A DNA stretch of 64,000 bases, taken from the NCBI RefSeq assembly GCF_009914755.1, contig NC_060930.1. One strand, written 5' to 3'. The notes under the pieces are model-generated. The model worked only from the letters and a program-made list of their open reading frames with translations, made no database searches and had not been told where the DNA came from. Both the position numbers and the translations under genes were made by a program. This DNA is from the human T2T-CHM13v2.0 reference genome, Homo sapiens. Position 1 is the stretch's first letter. Each line of letters begins with the position of its first letter. Below, piece after piece: positions 29,663 to 42,479 of the stretch.

Positions 29663-31850
29663 AAAACTATTCAGGACTAGTAGGTTATTTTGTTTTCTAA
29701 AAATCTGATTTCTTTTCAGATAGCTAGACATGTCTTTCTGAGATTCTAAATATTTATTTAGAAAGCTCAACGAACCCCTAAAATAGCACAATCACCTTTT
29801 ATAAATCATGAATGAAATAATGCATATGATGTAAAAGCTGAATTTGATTATTTTGTAATGCAAAGTCCTGCTGAACTTTTTTAAACCCAAACTTTAAACT
29901 ATGTTTTCAGTTTCATTATGAAATTTAATCAGTATAAATAATATTTATTTTCTCTATTGATATATGTATAGCGTGAGTTAAATAGGAGTAGGAGATTTCT
30001 GTATAACAAATTTCTCAGTCAATTTGATGTTAAACCTACACTTTCTCAATTTTTTTAATATCCTCTATCATAAGGTACATCCAATTTGTAAGTAAAGCTA
30101 AAATAGATTGTGAGAAATCTCAAATTATTTCTTATTAGACCACATAAAATTTTCATAGTCAGAGAAATTGATAGTCCTCTGATATTTGGTCTTCAAATTT
30201 CATATTACATTTTTTCAACATTTTATTGCTTTTCACTTGGCTTAATTCTGTATGTGTTGCTGGAGAACAAAAAAAGAAAGTAGTATGTCCAAAGAGAATA
30301 TGCAACAGCATGTGATGCAGTCTTCTGAACATTATTTCGACATCCCTAATAAAAGTCAGGACATACTTCAAAGTATACATCAAGAACTATTACTTATAAG
30401 CCCAGAGCAAACCAAACGGAAAATAATATCCTCAGCAATTTAATTTGGATTACATTCATCCATGTTTACTTCCTTCTGTACACTTAGACACACTAATGCT
30501 AAAAAAAATTAATGTTGGCAAGAGGAGCTGTGCTAAAAACTTTTCCTACGACTCTATTCCCTCTTATCTTTCGGAATGCATAATCTGTAAATTCTACTGA
30601 CAGTGTAAATCAATCAAAAGTGCTTAGAATGCCAAATGAGTGTATGCTTCATAGTTAAGTGTACAATAATGGAAAAGATGAAAAACATTACTGCACCCCT
30701 GGTATTGTTGAGAACACTTATGTAATTACACAGCTCATCAGCCCCTGCCAACTAAAAGGGCAACAGCCAGGTGGAGCATCTTGATTTGCCACATCATTCT
30801 TTATCAGGAATGTTCAAAAATACGTTATTAAATTTGAAAGAGGGAAGAATCAAAGATCAGCTCTTAAGCCTCCCAGAAAGACATATTTTCTTTTTCTTCT
30901 GTCAGCCTTGTTTTGGGAGCAATAATTTCAGTCAGGAAATAAGAATACTTTTTTTATGACAGGCTGATACTCCTCAGGGGTAAACCCCAACTATAATCTT
31001 CTTTGACATTTACAATAATTTTGAGTCTTTCCTGTGTGAAATCTTTTTTAAAAATCCAACTCATAAACAATTGTATAACCAGTGGCACACCCAAAAGGGT
31101 ACAAGCCCTCTTCACAGAGAGAGAATAATTCATAAGAACTTTCAAAGTTAAATGAAAAAAAAAATAAAATGAAGCAAACAAAATTCTTCATCAGTATCTG
31201 TCATTTATCAAAATCTAGAAACAATAAGGTTATACTCACAATAAACAGTTACAGATTTTATTGAAGGATAATTTTAGTGCAGTTCTGGAGTAAACTACGA
31301 ATCTTTCTTCATTAGAGTAAATCTTAGAGTCATTAGGAAATATCCTGTTGTGGGTCTAACTGGATATCTTCTATTTGTGCTCATTTGGTTACAAGTTGGT
31401 TATTTTCTTGTTCTGTGGATTCTCATTCTCTATGTGAGATTGTTTCTTCCCATATAGAAGAGATTCTATGCACTGTGCAAGAAATATCCATCTCCAAAGA
31501 TGTGCAGTACACATATTTTACAATATAAACAGTTTCTCAAACAAATATGTTTATATTAATAGCTGTGTGGGTTTGTACCTTCTATTGAACAAAGGGTTGT
31601 TATGGAAGCATTGTGTAGCATTGCTGCCTTCACTTCACAAGAAGCCACACACCTTCTAAAAAATGCCACCCGCTCTGTTCCTTAGTTCTACCATAGGTTT
31701 TGTCAAGCACTTTAGGTTAGCAGAATAATGGAAGAAAAAGGAAAACCAAATTGTTACTGAATACTTACTTTGTGGCAGAAAAGTTACACCATATATAGAC
31801 CAACTTTTTCTCATTTAATTCATAAACTAATTCTCTGAGGTAGGTAATTT

Positions 31851-32561
31851 TGAGAGGTGAAGCCAGCTGGGCTTCTGGGTCAGGTGGGGACTTGGAGAAC
31901 TTTTCTGTCTAGCTAAAGGATTGTAAACGCACCAATCAGCACTCTGTGTCTAGCTAAAGGTTTGTAAACACACCAATCAAGGCTCTGTGTCTAGCTAATT
32001 GCATAGGGAACTTGGAGAACTTTTGTGTCTAGCTAAAGGATTGTAAATGCACCAATCAGCACTCTGTGTCTAGCTAAAGGTTTGTAAACACACCAATCAG
32101 CACTCTGTGTCTAGCTAAAGGTTTGTAAATGCACCAATCAGCACTCTGCCAAAACGGACCAATCAGCTCTCTGTAAAATGGACCAATCAGCAGGATGTGG
32201 GTGGGGCCAGATAAGGGAATAAACGCAGACCACCGGAGCCAGCAGCAGCAATGTGGTCAGTTCCCCTTCCATGCTGTGGAGCTTTGTTCTTTTGCTCTTT
32301 GTGATAAATCTTGCTGTTGCTCACTCTTTGGGTCTGTGCCACATACACGAGCTGTAACACTCACCACCAAAGTCTGCAGCTTCACTCCTGAAGCCAGCAA
32401 GACCAGGAACCCACCAGTAGGAAGAAACTTTGGACATGTCCCAACATCAGAAGAAACAAACTCCGGACACACCATCTTTAAGAACTGTAACACTAACCGC
32501 TAAGGTCCACGGCTTCATTCTTGAAGTCAGCGAGACCAAGAACCCAGCAATTCTGGACACA
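31851..32561 (+). mobile_element. LTR12-family (ERV9) solo LTR
   Basis: tgagaggtgaagccagctgg start, tandem ctagctaaagg.ttgtaaa.gcaccaatcagcactctg repeats, ttctggacaca end, 4-bp TSD ATTT; inserted in a MIR. Confidence 0.95.
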
Positions 32562-33683
32562 ATTTCACCCTTAAATTACAACTAAAGATATCAAGCTAGA
32601 CTTTAAGAGGTAAAGATCTTTGCCCGGGTAATATCCAGGTTGTTGATGGAGCCAAAATGTGAATAATCTCTGAGCCTCGGCCTGTTTATGTTACAATTCC
32701 TAGACTCCATGGAACCTAAAAAACTTCCTGTCATTAGAAATAGGACATCTACTCTGTGGTTTTTCTTGTCTTTATACTATCAAATTTACTCCTGTTTCCC
32801 TTTCCTGCCTCAACTTGTAGAAGCAGTTGAGGTAAAAATAATCATTTGTGGCTCCACTGGAAGTTTTTTTTTCAGCGATTTTACTACCCCTACATAACTG
32901 ACCTTATACAGAAAGGGCATAGCATTGTCTGTGCCAGGGCAAGGGGACTTACAAATGGTGTTCCTCAAGACGTGTTTTTGTACTAATGTTTAATATGGTC
33001 CTTAGAAACTTGAAGACAAGAATGGAAGGCATACTTATTCATTTCGCCATCTGCAGCCTTGTGTGCAAATTTACACACAAGAAAAAGAACACTGGCCAGC
33101 ACCTTTACGAAGTAAAGACAATTTGAAGTTTGAACTCAATAAACTAGAAAGAGAAACAGAATTAAATTCAATAAAGAATGTCTGTCCTCACTATTCTTAC
33201 TCAACACACTGCTGGAAATTTCTAGATATTCAATAATGCAAGAAAAAGGAAATCAAAGTCAAATAACTTGGAAAAGAAGAAATAAAAGTCCCTGTTTGCT
33301 GATGATACAAGGATCAATGTAGAAAATTTCCAGAGACCCACAAAACACCTTTTAGAATTAATAAATGAATTCAGCAAGGTTTCAGGACTCAGTATAAACC
33401 TATAAAAATCATTGTATTTCCGTATGCTGGCAATAAACACGTGGACACCAAAATTTAAAATGCAATACTATAATCATTCAAAAAATTAAATACGTAGGTG
33501 TAAACCTAACAAAACATGTCCAGGACTTGTATGCCAAAAAATAAAAACCAATGCCAAAAAAAAAAAAATCACAGAAGATATAAACAAATGCAAAGACAAC
33601 ATGTTCATGATTTGGGAGACTCAACAAAGCAAAGGTTCCAGTTCTCCCCAAATTGATAAAAAGGGTTCATGCAATTTCTATCA

Positions 33684-33848
<165 letters not shown>

Positions 33849-34204
33849 AAAATCCCACCAAGTTTTATTTTAGGTATATATCTATACGTATATATACATG
33901 TATATATATAATAAGAATATATAATATATATAGACTAAAGGACTAGAATAGCTAAAACAATTTTTAATTTTCAAGAGGAAAATATATCAATTAACCAAAT
34001 TTCAAGACTGATTATATTGCTGTAGTAATCAAGACTATAATATTGACAGAAGGATAGACACACAGATTAATGAAATAGAATGGAGAACCCAGAAATAGCC
34101 TCCCAGACACATGCTGAAATACTTTTTATCAAAGATGTAAGAATGATTCAATGGAGAAAGGATAACCTTTTCAATAAATATGCTGAAACTACTCTACATC
34201 CAAA

Positions 34205-34447
34205 GGCAGGAAGAAAAGAAAAGGAGAAAAGAAAAAGGAAAAGAAAAGTGGAGAGGAGGGAAGGGAAGGGAGAGAGGGAGAGAAAGAAAAGAAAGAAAGA
34301 GGAAGCGAAAAAGAGAGAAAGGAAGGAAGAGGAGGAAGAGAAAGGAGGAGGAGAAAGGAGGAGGAGAGAGGAGGAGGAGAGAGGAGGAGAGAGGAGGAAG
34401 GGAAGAAGAAGGAAGAGGAGAAGTGGGGGAGGAGGAAGGAAGGAAGG
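34205..34447 (+). repeat. GA-rich low-complexity polypurine tract
   Basis: About 240 bp almost only A/G (gga, gaa, ggaa units). Confidence 0.95.
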
Positions 34448-34859
34448 TCGGTCAAACTAAGTGTCATACTTTATACAGTATACAAATTAACGCAAAATGG
34501 ATCATGGAAATAAATATAAAACATAAATATTTTAGAAAAAAATAGGCGAAAATATTTGAGACTAAAGGCTAGACTTGACACCAAAAGCACAATTCATAAA
34601 AGAAAAAAAAGGATAAACTGGCCTTCACTGAATTTTAAAACATTTGCTCTATGAAATATTATGAAAAGCTAAGCTACAGGGTGGGAGAAAATATTTGCAA
34701 ACCACATATTTAACAAAAAGACTAGTATTGAGAATATATAAAGAACTCTCAAAAGTCAACAGCTGAAAAACAAAAAATTCAATTAGAAAATTTTCAAGAC
34801 ATGAACAGAGTTTTCACCAAAAAAGATGCACGGATGGCAAACGAGCACAGGAAAGGATG

Positions 34860-35060
34860 TTAAATAACTTATTGTATATTTCAAAATAACTAGAAGAGTG
34901 GAATTAGAATGTTTCTAAAACAAAGAAAAGATAAATGTTTAAGGTGATGGCTATTCCAATTAACCTGATTTGATCAACACTGTGTATGTTCATATCAAAA
35001 TATCACATGTACCCCATATAACTATTATGTGTTCACAAAAATTAAAAATTAAAACATTTT
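34860..35060 (+). mobile_element. L1MA 3' end nested in L1MC
   Basis: attgtatatttcaaaataactagaagagtggaattagaatgtttc...tatcaaaatatcacatgtacccc; flanks aaaggatgtt/aaaagatgtt. Confidence 0.8.
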
Positions 35061-35698
35061 TTAAAAAGATGTTACATTTGATTATCCATTAGGGAAATGC
35101 AAATTAAAATCACAATGAGATATCACTGTACACCCAGCAAAATGGTAAAAATTTAGAAGTAGTAACAGCACAAAATGCGGGCAAGTATGTGGAGAAACTA
35201 GATCACTTACCCATTGCTATTAGAAATGTAAAGTGGTATAGCCGCGCTGATAAACTGTTTGTCAGTTTCTTTAGAAAGTTTTTAAGAACTAAATGTACAA
35301 CTACTCACCAACCTGGCAATTGCACTTCTGGTCATTTATCTCAGAAAAATGAAAACTTATACAAAAACCTGTATATAAATATTCTTAACAGTTTTATTTG
35401 TAATAGCTAACAACTAGAAATGGCCCCAAATTATTTCAACAGATGAGTGGTTAATCAAACTGTGATAATTGATACCATGGAATAGTACTCAGTCATAAAA
35501 AATAGATTTTTGATACACCCAAGAACATAAATGAATCTACAGAGAATTATGCTAAGTGGGAAAATTCAATTCCAAAAGGTTGCATGCTGTAAAATTCCAT
35601 TTATATAACGTTCTTGAGATGACAAAAATTATAGAGTTGGAGAATAGATTAGTGGTTGTCAAGAATTAAGAATCTTTTTGGTGAAAGAAATGTTTTGT

Positions 35699-35699
<1 letters not shown>

Positions 35700-35730
<31 letters not shown>

Positions 35731-35878
35731 GAGACAGGGTCTTGTCATGTCACCCAGCCTGGAATGCAGTGGTGTGATCCATCACTACTCACTGCAGCCT
35801 CAACCCGGGCTCATGTGATCCTCCTGTCTCAGCTTCCCAAAATGTTAAAATTACAGGCATAAGCCACTGCACCCAAGC
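35700..35878 (-). mobile_element. Monomeric Alu (AluJ/FRAM-like)
   Basis: (TTTTG)n tail, gagacagggtcttg...ctcactgcagcctc...tcccaaaatgttaaaattacaggcataagccactgcaccc. Confidence 0.85.
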
Positions 35879-37129
35879 TGTTTTGTATCTTGACTGTATC
35901 AATGTCAATTACTTGTTTGTGATATTATACTCTAGTTTTCCAAAATATTACCATTATGGGGAAATAAGTAAAGAGCACATGGAGTTCCTCTGTATTATAT
36001 CCTACAACTGCATGTGAATCTATAATCATCTCACAAAAAACAGCTTAAGTAAAGATATTTAAAGATTGAAGTAAACAGTAAACTAGAAGGAACACCAGTT
36101 AAGGTCAATAAAATCGAGTATAAATTAGTCCTCAAAAAGAACAAACAATTGAACCAGAGAAATTAAAAATTATTTTTTGAATTATTTTAATTCCTAAAAA
36201 GCAATATAAAAACACGTCATTCACTTGTGTACATGTTCAATACTTCATTTATTTATTATGCAGAGCCTTATTGGATATTAACTAGAAACTTTGAGGGCAT
36301 TATCCTTCCCAAGACACTTAAAATTGTACAGAACATTGAAAATGCCATTTCTCATGGACCTTCAACATTGATTAAATGTTTCTATGATGTTATTTTATTA
36401 CACACAAACATAAAATTAGGAATTATGTCCTTAAGGTTATTGTACTCATGCAACAATGAAGTAAGTGCTGAAATCTGTGGCAGTGCCTGGCTATAACTGG
36501 CTTATTCAAATGATCTGGAATGTGCCTGTGCAAACATAAAAATACAAAATGTTCAAAAATTAAAACACAAACATAACATTATCAGAAGTAATATTCAGCC
36601 TCTTTGGGGTCCACAGATCTTGTGTGGAAAATTCTAAAGCGTTTATATGCAAATAAATAAAAATGAAAACCTAATAAAATAATAACCACAAAACCTTGTA
36701 GATTAACAAGGAGTAATCTAATGATGTATATAGATATATAATACAGAATGTATTTCTCCAGTCCATTTGAGAAAGAGCTGCTATTGGTGACAGGAAAAAA
36801 TGGGGGAAATATCTGACCCAAAAGTGAACCAAAAATAGAATCTTAAAACCAAAAAATACATAAAAAAGAGAAAGGATAAAATGAACTAAGCTACCTGGGC
36901 TGAAACAAAAGATCCTGAGTGAGTAAGTAAGTAATGCTTAGTAAGCGTGCAATTGAGTTTCTGAGAGCAGATTCTATATTTACACAGATGCATAAGGAAC
37001 TCAGATTTAATTAAGAATTAATGCAAGAATGATGGTTATGACCTGTCACTAAATATTGCTGAGAAAGTCCCTTCTTTATGTCATTAAATATAGAAAATAA
37101 AAATTTTAATCTGCTTGAGATTTATTTGT

Positions 37130-37520
37130 ATTAGGCAATATTCAAATTGAATTAGATGGTTTAAATAAAGAGAATTTAATACAAAAAATCATTACAAAGT
37201 TAAGGGAGAGTTAAGGAAACATATAAATGATTTAGAGGCATCAAGAAACTAGCAACAACAATCAGTTACCCACTCCTGGGCTTGAAGGGACAAGAGGAGA
37301 AACACAGAGCACACTGAGAGCTTGATCTTGGAGAGAGATCACCCTGCAGGAGCTACAGTCCTTTGGAGATTCAGTTACAAGCAAAGATATCAGGTTGGAT
37401 TCTCTCTCTCTCCTTCCTCGCTCCTCAAACGTCCAGCATTCCAGAAGGGGCATCCAGGGAATGTAGTCTGTAGGCATCAGCCTCCTGCTTTTAAGAAAGA
37501 AGTCAATAATTGCTGTGAAG
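37130..37520. mobile_element. Old ERVL-type LTR fragment (LTR33-like)
   Basis: gagaatttaat...ttacaaagttaagggagagttaaggaaac...cactcctgggcttgaagggacaagaggaga resembles remembered LTR33. Confidence 0.45.
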
Positions 37521-37911
37521 GTGAAGGAAACAAAGAGAATAACCAAGACATTATTTAACCATAATAATACATAAGGGTATCAGTCAAATGACAATAAACC
37601 TATTTCAAACTCTTCCAGATTCATAATCCTGGGACACCTTCACATCTACTTCCTAAAAAAAAAAAATGGAAAATTCATGACATCGTAAAGTAGTGATTTA
37701 CAAAATTTGACACTTAAGCTAGATGTTTTACCTCTTTAAGAATAAAAAGGTATTGCAATAGCCTTCTGTGATGCCTCTCACCAGGTCTCTGGATCATGGG
37801 AAGCAGATTTCCCAATCATTCGAAGTTTTAGCTAATTTGTAAGAGTAGCAAAAAACGAGGTTTTAAAATAGCACTTCAAGGATTTGAACACAGGTAGTAG
37901 ATGTCTTACTA

Positions 37912-38455
<544 letters not shown>

Positions 38456-39759
38456 TCATTATAAAATTTTCTAGTTATATTTTTAAACCTTTACAAATTT
38501 ATCACTTTACTAAAAGGTTAAGGGAGTGATTATTTAAGTTTAATATTATGTCATTCCATTTAACTTTGTATTTCCATGTATGCTAATTTATAGGACAGTA
38601 CGGAGTATAAATTTTAATACTCCCCAAAGGAGAGTAAAAGTACTTTTGGCATTATGATTTTGAAAAAACCTAATTTATTCAGATTTCCTCACTGATTCAT
38701 GTTTAGAAACATTAAGTATAAATAATCCATCAAGATAAATTTTAAATGGACTATGCACAATTAAGTTAAACATATTTAGAAAGACCAAAATATCTCAAGC
38801 ACTAAGGCACTTGCTCTCTAGTAAGTAACTGTTTGGAAATCAAATGCAGACCCAAATTTTCCACCTGTTTCATTTTGAATATGAGAATAAGGATTTAACA
38901 TGGTTGGAAAGAAAGGTATATCACATCATCTCTTGCAAAAGCCATTATAACTGTTTTATTGGGAAAGGAGCTTGCATAAAAATTTCAGGTGCTAATAAAC
39001 TATCTATTACCATTTTATATTTCTCTTGGGCTGATTATTCTGGTGAAATATATGTGTATTTCTTTCCAAGTTCACTTTTTAAATTTCTTTAAAATCTTTG
39101 TGAAAAGTCACTATTCCAGAAATATATACCTAAAAGGTAGCCCATTGTTTAAAAATTAACATTATAGTATGAATTCTCATGCCCATCTAGATACCCTTCA
39201 GATCAATTCAAAGAACAAATAATTTGATGGTGGATATATTTGTGCAAAATATCATGGACACTTCTACCATTGGTACACAACTAGTCCACCCTTCTAATGA
39301 ACTTGGCTTTCTCCTTTGCTTCAAGATGTTGGTGGTCTTAATTAAGCAACCAAATAGGTCTGGCCTGGTTATTTAAAGCAAAATGGGGCATATTGGGAAT
39401 TACTAGGGTAGTTCAGGACTTACCAAGCATGGCTGAGTGAAGCAGGATAAAAGGAAGAAAGCAGATACAGCTATACACACAAAATACTGGAACCAAAGTC
39501 CAGTCTGGCAACCTTAGTGGCCAGGAATCAGTCTCAGCCTGCAGGTAAGGCAAGTGGGCAAGATAAAAGTGGCAGCTGTTCCAACAGGTAAGAGAAACAT
39601 AGTGATGGGGAATTTCATGAAGGGGGTTATATCACCAGTTCCAAGCAGGGTATGAAATACTAGTATCAGAGCAGTCTATTAAAAGGGAACAAAATTTAGT
39701 CATCTAGCTGACGTTCTGACTCAGAGAAGTAACATCATCTGACATACATTTTAATAAGG

Positions 39760-40825
39760 ATCTCTAGATGCCAGGAAGGCCATATAGGAGTCTGTGCAAT
39801 CACCCAGACAACAGACGATGCTGGCTTGAAACACTGTGGTGAATTCTATATGTAATTTTGCAGTGAGCCCCACGACATTTACTGATAAACTAGATATGGA
39901 ATGTGGGAGAAAGAAAGGCAGTATAGATATTATTTTGAAAGCTAAGCGACTGAAAAATTGAATTATCATTAACTAATGTGAGCATATAGTAGATCATGAC
40001 TTCTGAAACTTTAACATGGTACTTTTGAAGGGTACTTAAGAGTACTTAACAGATACTACTGTACCCTTAAAGGTACTTAAAAAGGATACAATTAATTATC
40101 CTGAGAAAACAGGTGAAACTAGAGTACATTTAATGAGGAGGAAAGACTGTAGGAGGAACTGAAGTGGGGGTGAGGTGTTGGATATCAGAAACTAAGTTTT
40201 GGATATGTTAATAGACCTATGAGATATCTTAAGGAGAGTGTCTTAGTTCTTGCAGCTATAACAAAGTACACCATAGACTGTGTAATTTATAAACAACACG
40301 AATGTATTTCTCAACTTTCTGGAGGCTGGAAGTCCAAGATCAGAGTGCCAGCATGGTCAGATTTTGATGAGGGTTGGAGCCTACCATCTTCTCATTGTAT
40401 CCAAGTTGGAGACTACCATCTTCTCATTGTATCCTCATATGGCAGAAATAGAGTAGGAGAGAGCTCTCTGAGGTCCCTTTTATAAGGGCACTGATCCCAT
40501 TTATAAGGGTGGAGACTCCCAAAGGTCATACCTCCTAATACTATCACATTGGTTGTTAGGGTTTTAACATGTGAATCTAGGAGGTACGGAGACTTCAGTT
40601 CGTTGCAGAGAGATTGCATGTAAGTCATGGAATTTATGGTTCTGAATTCAGGAGAGAGTTCTGGACAGGAATACAAATTTTAGTGTCATCAGCACATTGT
40701 TGGAATTTAATGTCTTGAGATGAAACTGGATCAGAGCAAAAGGAAGTCAGTAGCTTGCTAAGAGGCCAAAGGACTGAGCTTTGAGCCACTTTTGTATTTA
40801 GAAGAAAGGAGGATGGGGACATGCC
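39760..40825 (-). mobile_element. L2 fragments interrupted by MLT1A
   Basis: gaattctatatgtaattttgcag...actagatatggaatgtgggaga; ctgaattcaggagagagttctgg...tagtgtcatcagcaca. Confidence 0.7.
40239..40607 (-). mobile_element. MaLR solo LTR (MLT1A-like)
   Basis: tgtcttagtt...ctggaggctggaagtccaagatcagagtgccagcatggtcag...cgttgca; 5-bp TSD GAGAG. Confidence 0.9.
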
Positions 40826-42179
40826 AGTAATGAATGAATGAATGAATGAATGATATGGAATGAATTCCTGTGACCCATTAAGCCATTAATGTATAAATTT
40901 TTCCAATGCAGATATATCTCAATGCAGATATAACCTATTAAAATATATATCTAACTTGTTTTCAGAAGTTAACACCTCTGAGTTTTTCTAATACTAAAAT
41001 ATTGGTAGACTTTCAAATATGTAAGAAAATGATGAATCTTAAACTACTTATTGAAATCTAATCAAACTCTATTTATTCACACTGCCAAAGAATTTAAAAA
41101 CTCCCACCTTTCATTAAACAGTATTACAATACTCTCATTAAACCTTCTGCTAATGCCCCAGAAATTAAATAGAATACATCACAGCCTGTGTCCTGATCCA
41201 ACTCTAGCTGAATATTATAATCACTAATAGGAGGTTGCCAAGTTCAAGTTCCCAAGGGATGGTAAGAAACAAAATAAACCTTTGTAAAATTATATTTGTA
41301 TAAAATTTACCAGGACAATGTTGAGAAAGATCACAAGCCAGAGTGTGGACAATATCCTCATCTGTTAGGCAACTTCTTAGTAAAGCAAAAATAGAAGGCT
41401 TCTGGCACAAAATCAAAGACTACATTTTGAAATGAACAAGATTAACAGGAGAACAATCAAGGTTTTAAAATTTTAAATGCCCATCCTAAAAATTCCTTCT
41501 AGATACATTTCTTTGTTTAATGTTTTTAAGATTGAGAATAAGTGTTACTTCAACTAAAAATCTATTCTATTCAATTTTTATTACTTTATCATGTAATAAA
41601 TGCAATTCATAATAGACAAGGGAAAGTAAAATTAAAATTGTTTAAAATATAGTTTTCATGGAGTTGGGAAAGTTTCATTTTTCCTAAGGTCTCTGGTGTT
41701 CAAATGCTTTTATAAAATACATAATGTTTTTAAAACACTACCTCTAAACTTGAGAATTTTTTGTAACAAACCTGAGAACAACCAAAAGAGAGAAATTTTG
41801 GTCTAAGACCAAATTGTATCTCTAAGATCAAATTGCTTGTAAGATATTTTGTTTTAAATGTTCAAAACACAACTTGTCCAAAACATAGAACACATTTGCC
41901 ATCTTCTAACTTAAGGTGACAACTTTCCCCAGTATTCCCAGAATTGGCCAAAAAGCCCTCTGCTCCAATTCTCTTGTTTAAAACCTTAAAGCATTTTTAC
42001 TATTTTTTGTCTTTTTTTCTCATCAACCTTTGTCTAACCAAATACTATTTTTTGAAAATATATTATTTTCGCAGAGCAACTCTGCATAAGAAACATTCAC
42101 TATTTAAAATACTGTGTTCTTTTCTCATTGATCCCAGGAAATTATGTCATTAAGACTGATGGGTCAAGCCCATCAAGGT

Positions 42180-42447
42180 TTTGTTTTAGTTTTGAGATAA
42201 GGTCTTGTCACTCAAGCTGGAGTGTAGTGGCATGACCACAGCTCACTGCAGCCTCGACCTCTCAGGCTCAAGTAATCCTCCCAACTCAGCCTCCTGAGTA
42301 GCTGGGACCACAAGCACACATATTTTTTATAGAGATAAGATCTCACTATGTTGCCAGGGCTGATCTCGAACTTCTGGACTCAAGTGATTCTCCCATCTCA
42401 GCCTCCCAAAGGGCTGAAATTATAGGCATGAACCACTATGCCTGGCC
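42180..42447 (-). mobile_element. AluJ with internal deletions
   Basis: cagctcactgcagcctcgacct...gatctcactatgttgcc...actatgcctggcc; flanks catcaa. Confidence 0.9.
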
Positions 42448-42479
42448 TTCATCAAAAGTTTTTTTTTTTTTAATTCCAT

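Noticed and set aside
31895-32190. Regularly spaced repeats resembling a CRISPR array
   Set aside because: Standard LTR12 U3 tandem repeats with no unique spacers; human DNA and no cas genes
34080-34545. K/E/R-rich 126- and 121-aa ORFs
   Set aside because: L1 remnant plus stop-free GA-rich low-complexity tract
36582-36642. Minus-strand peptide end RIFHTRSVDPKEAEYYF as a possible terminal coding exon
   Set aside because: Weak acceptor, no in-frame link to upstream candidate exons, and no protein recognised
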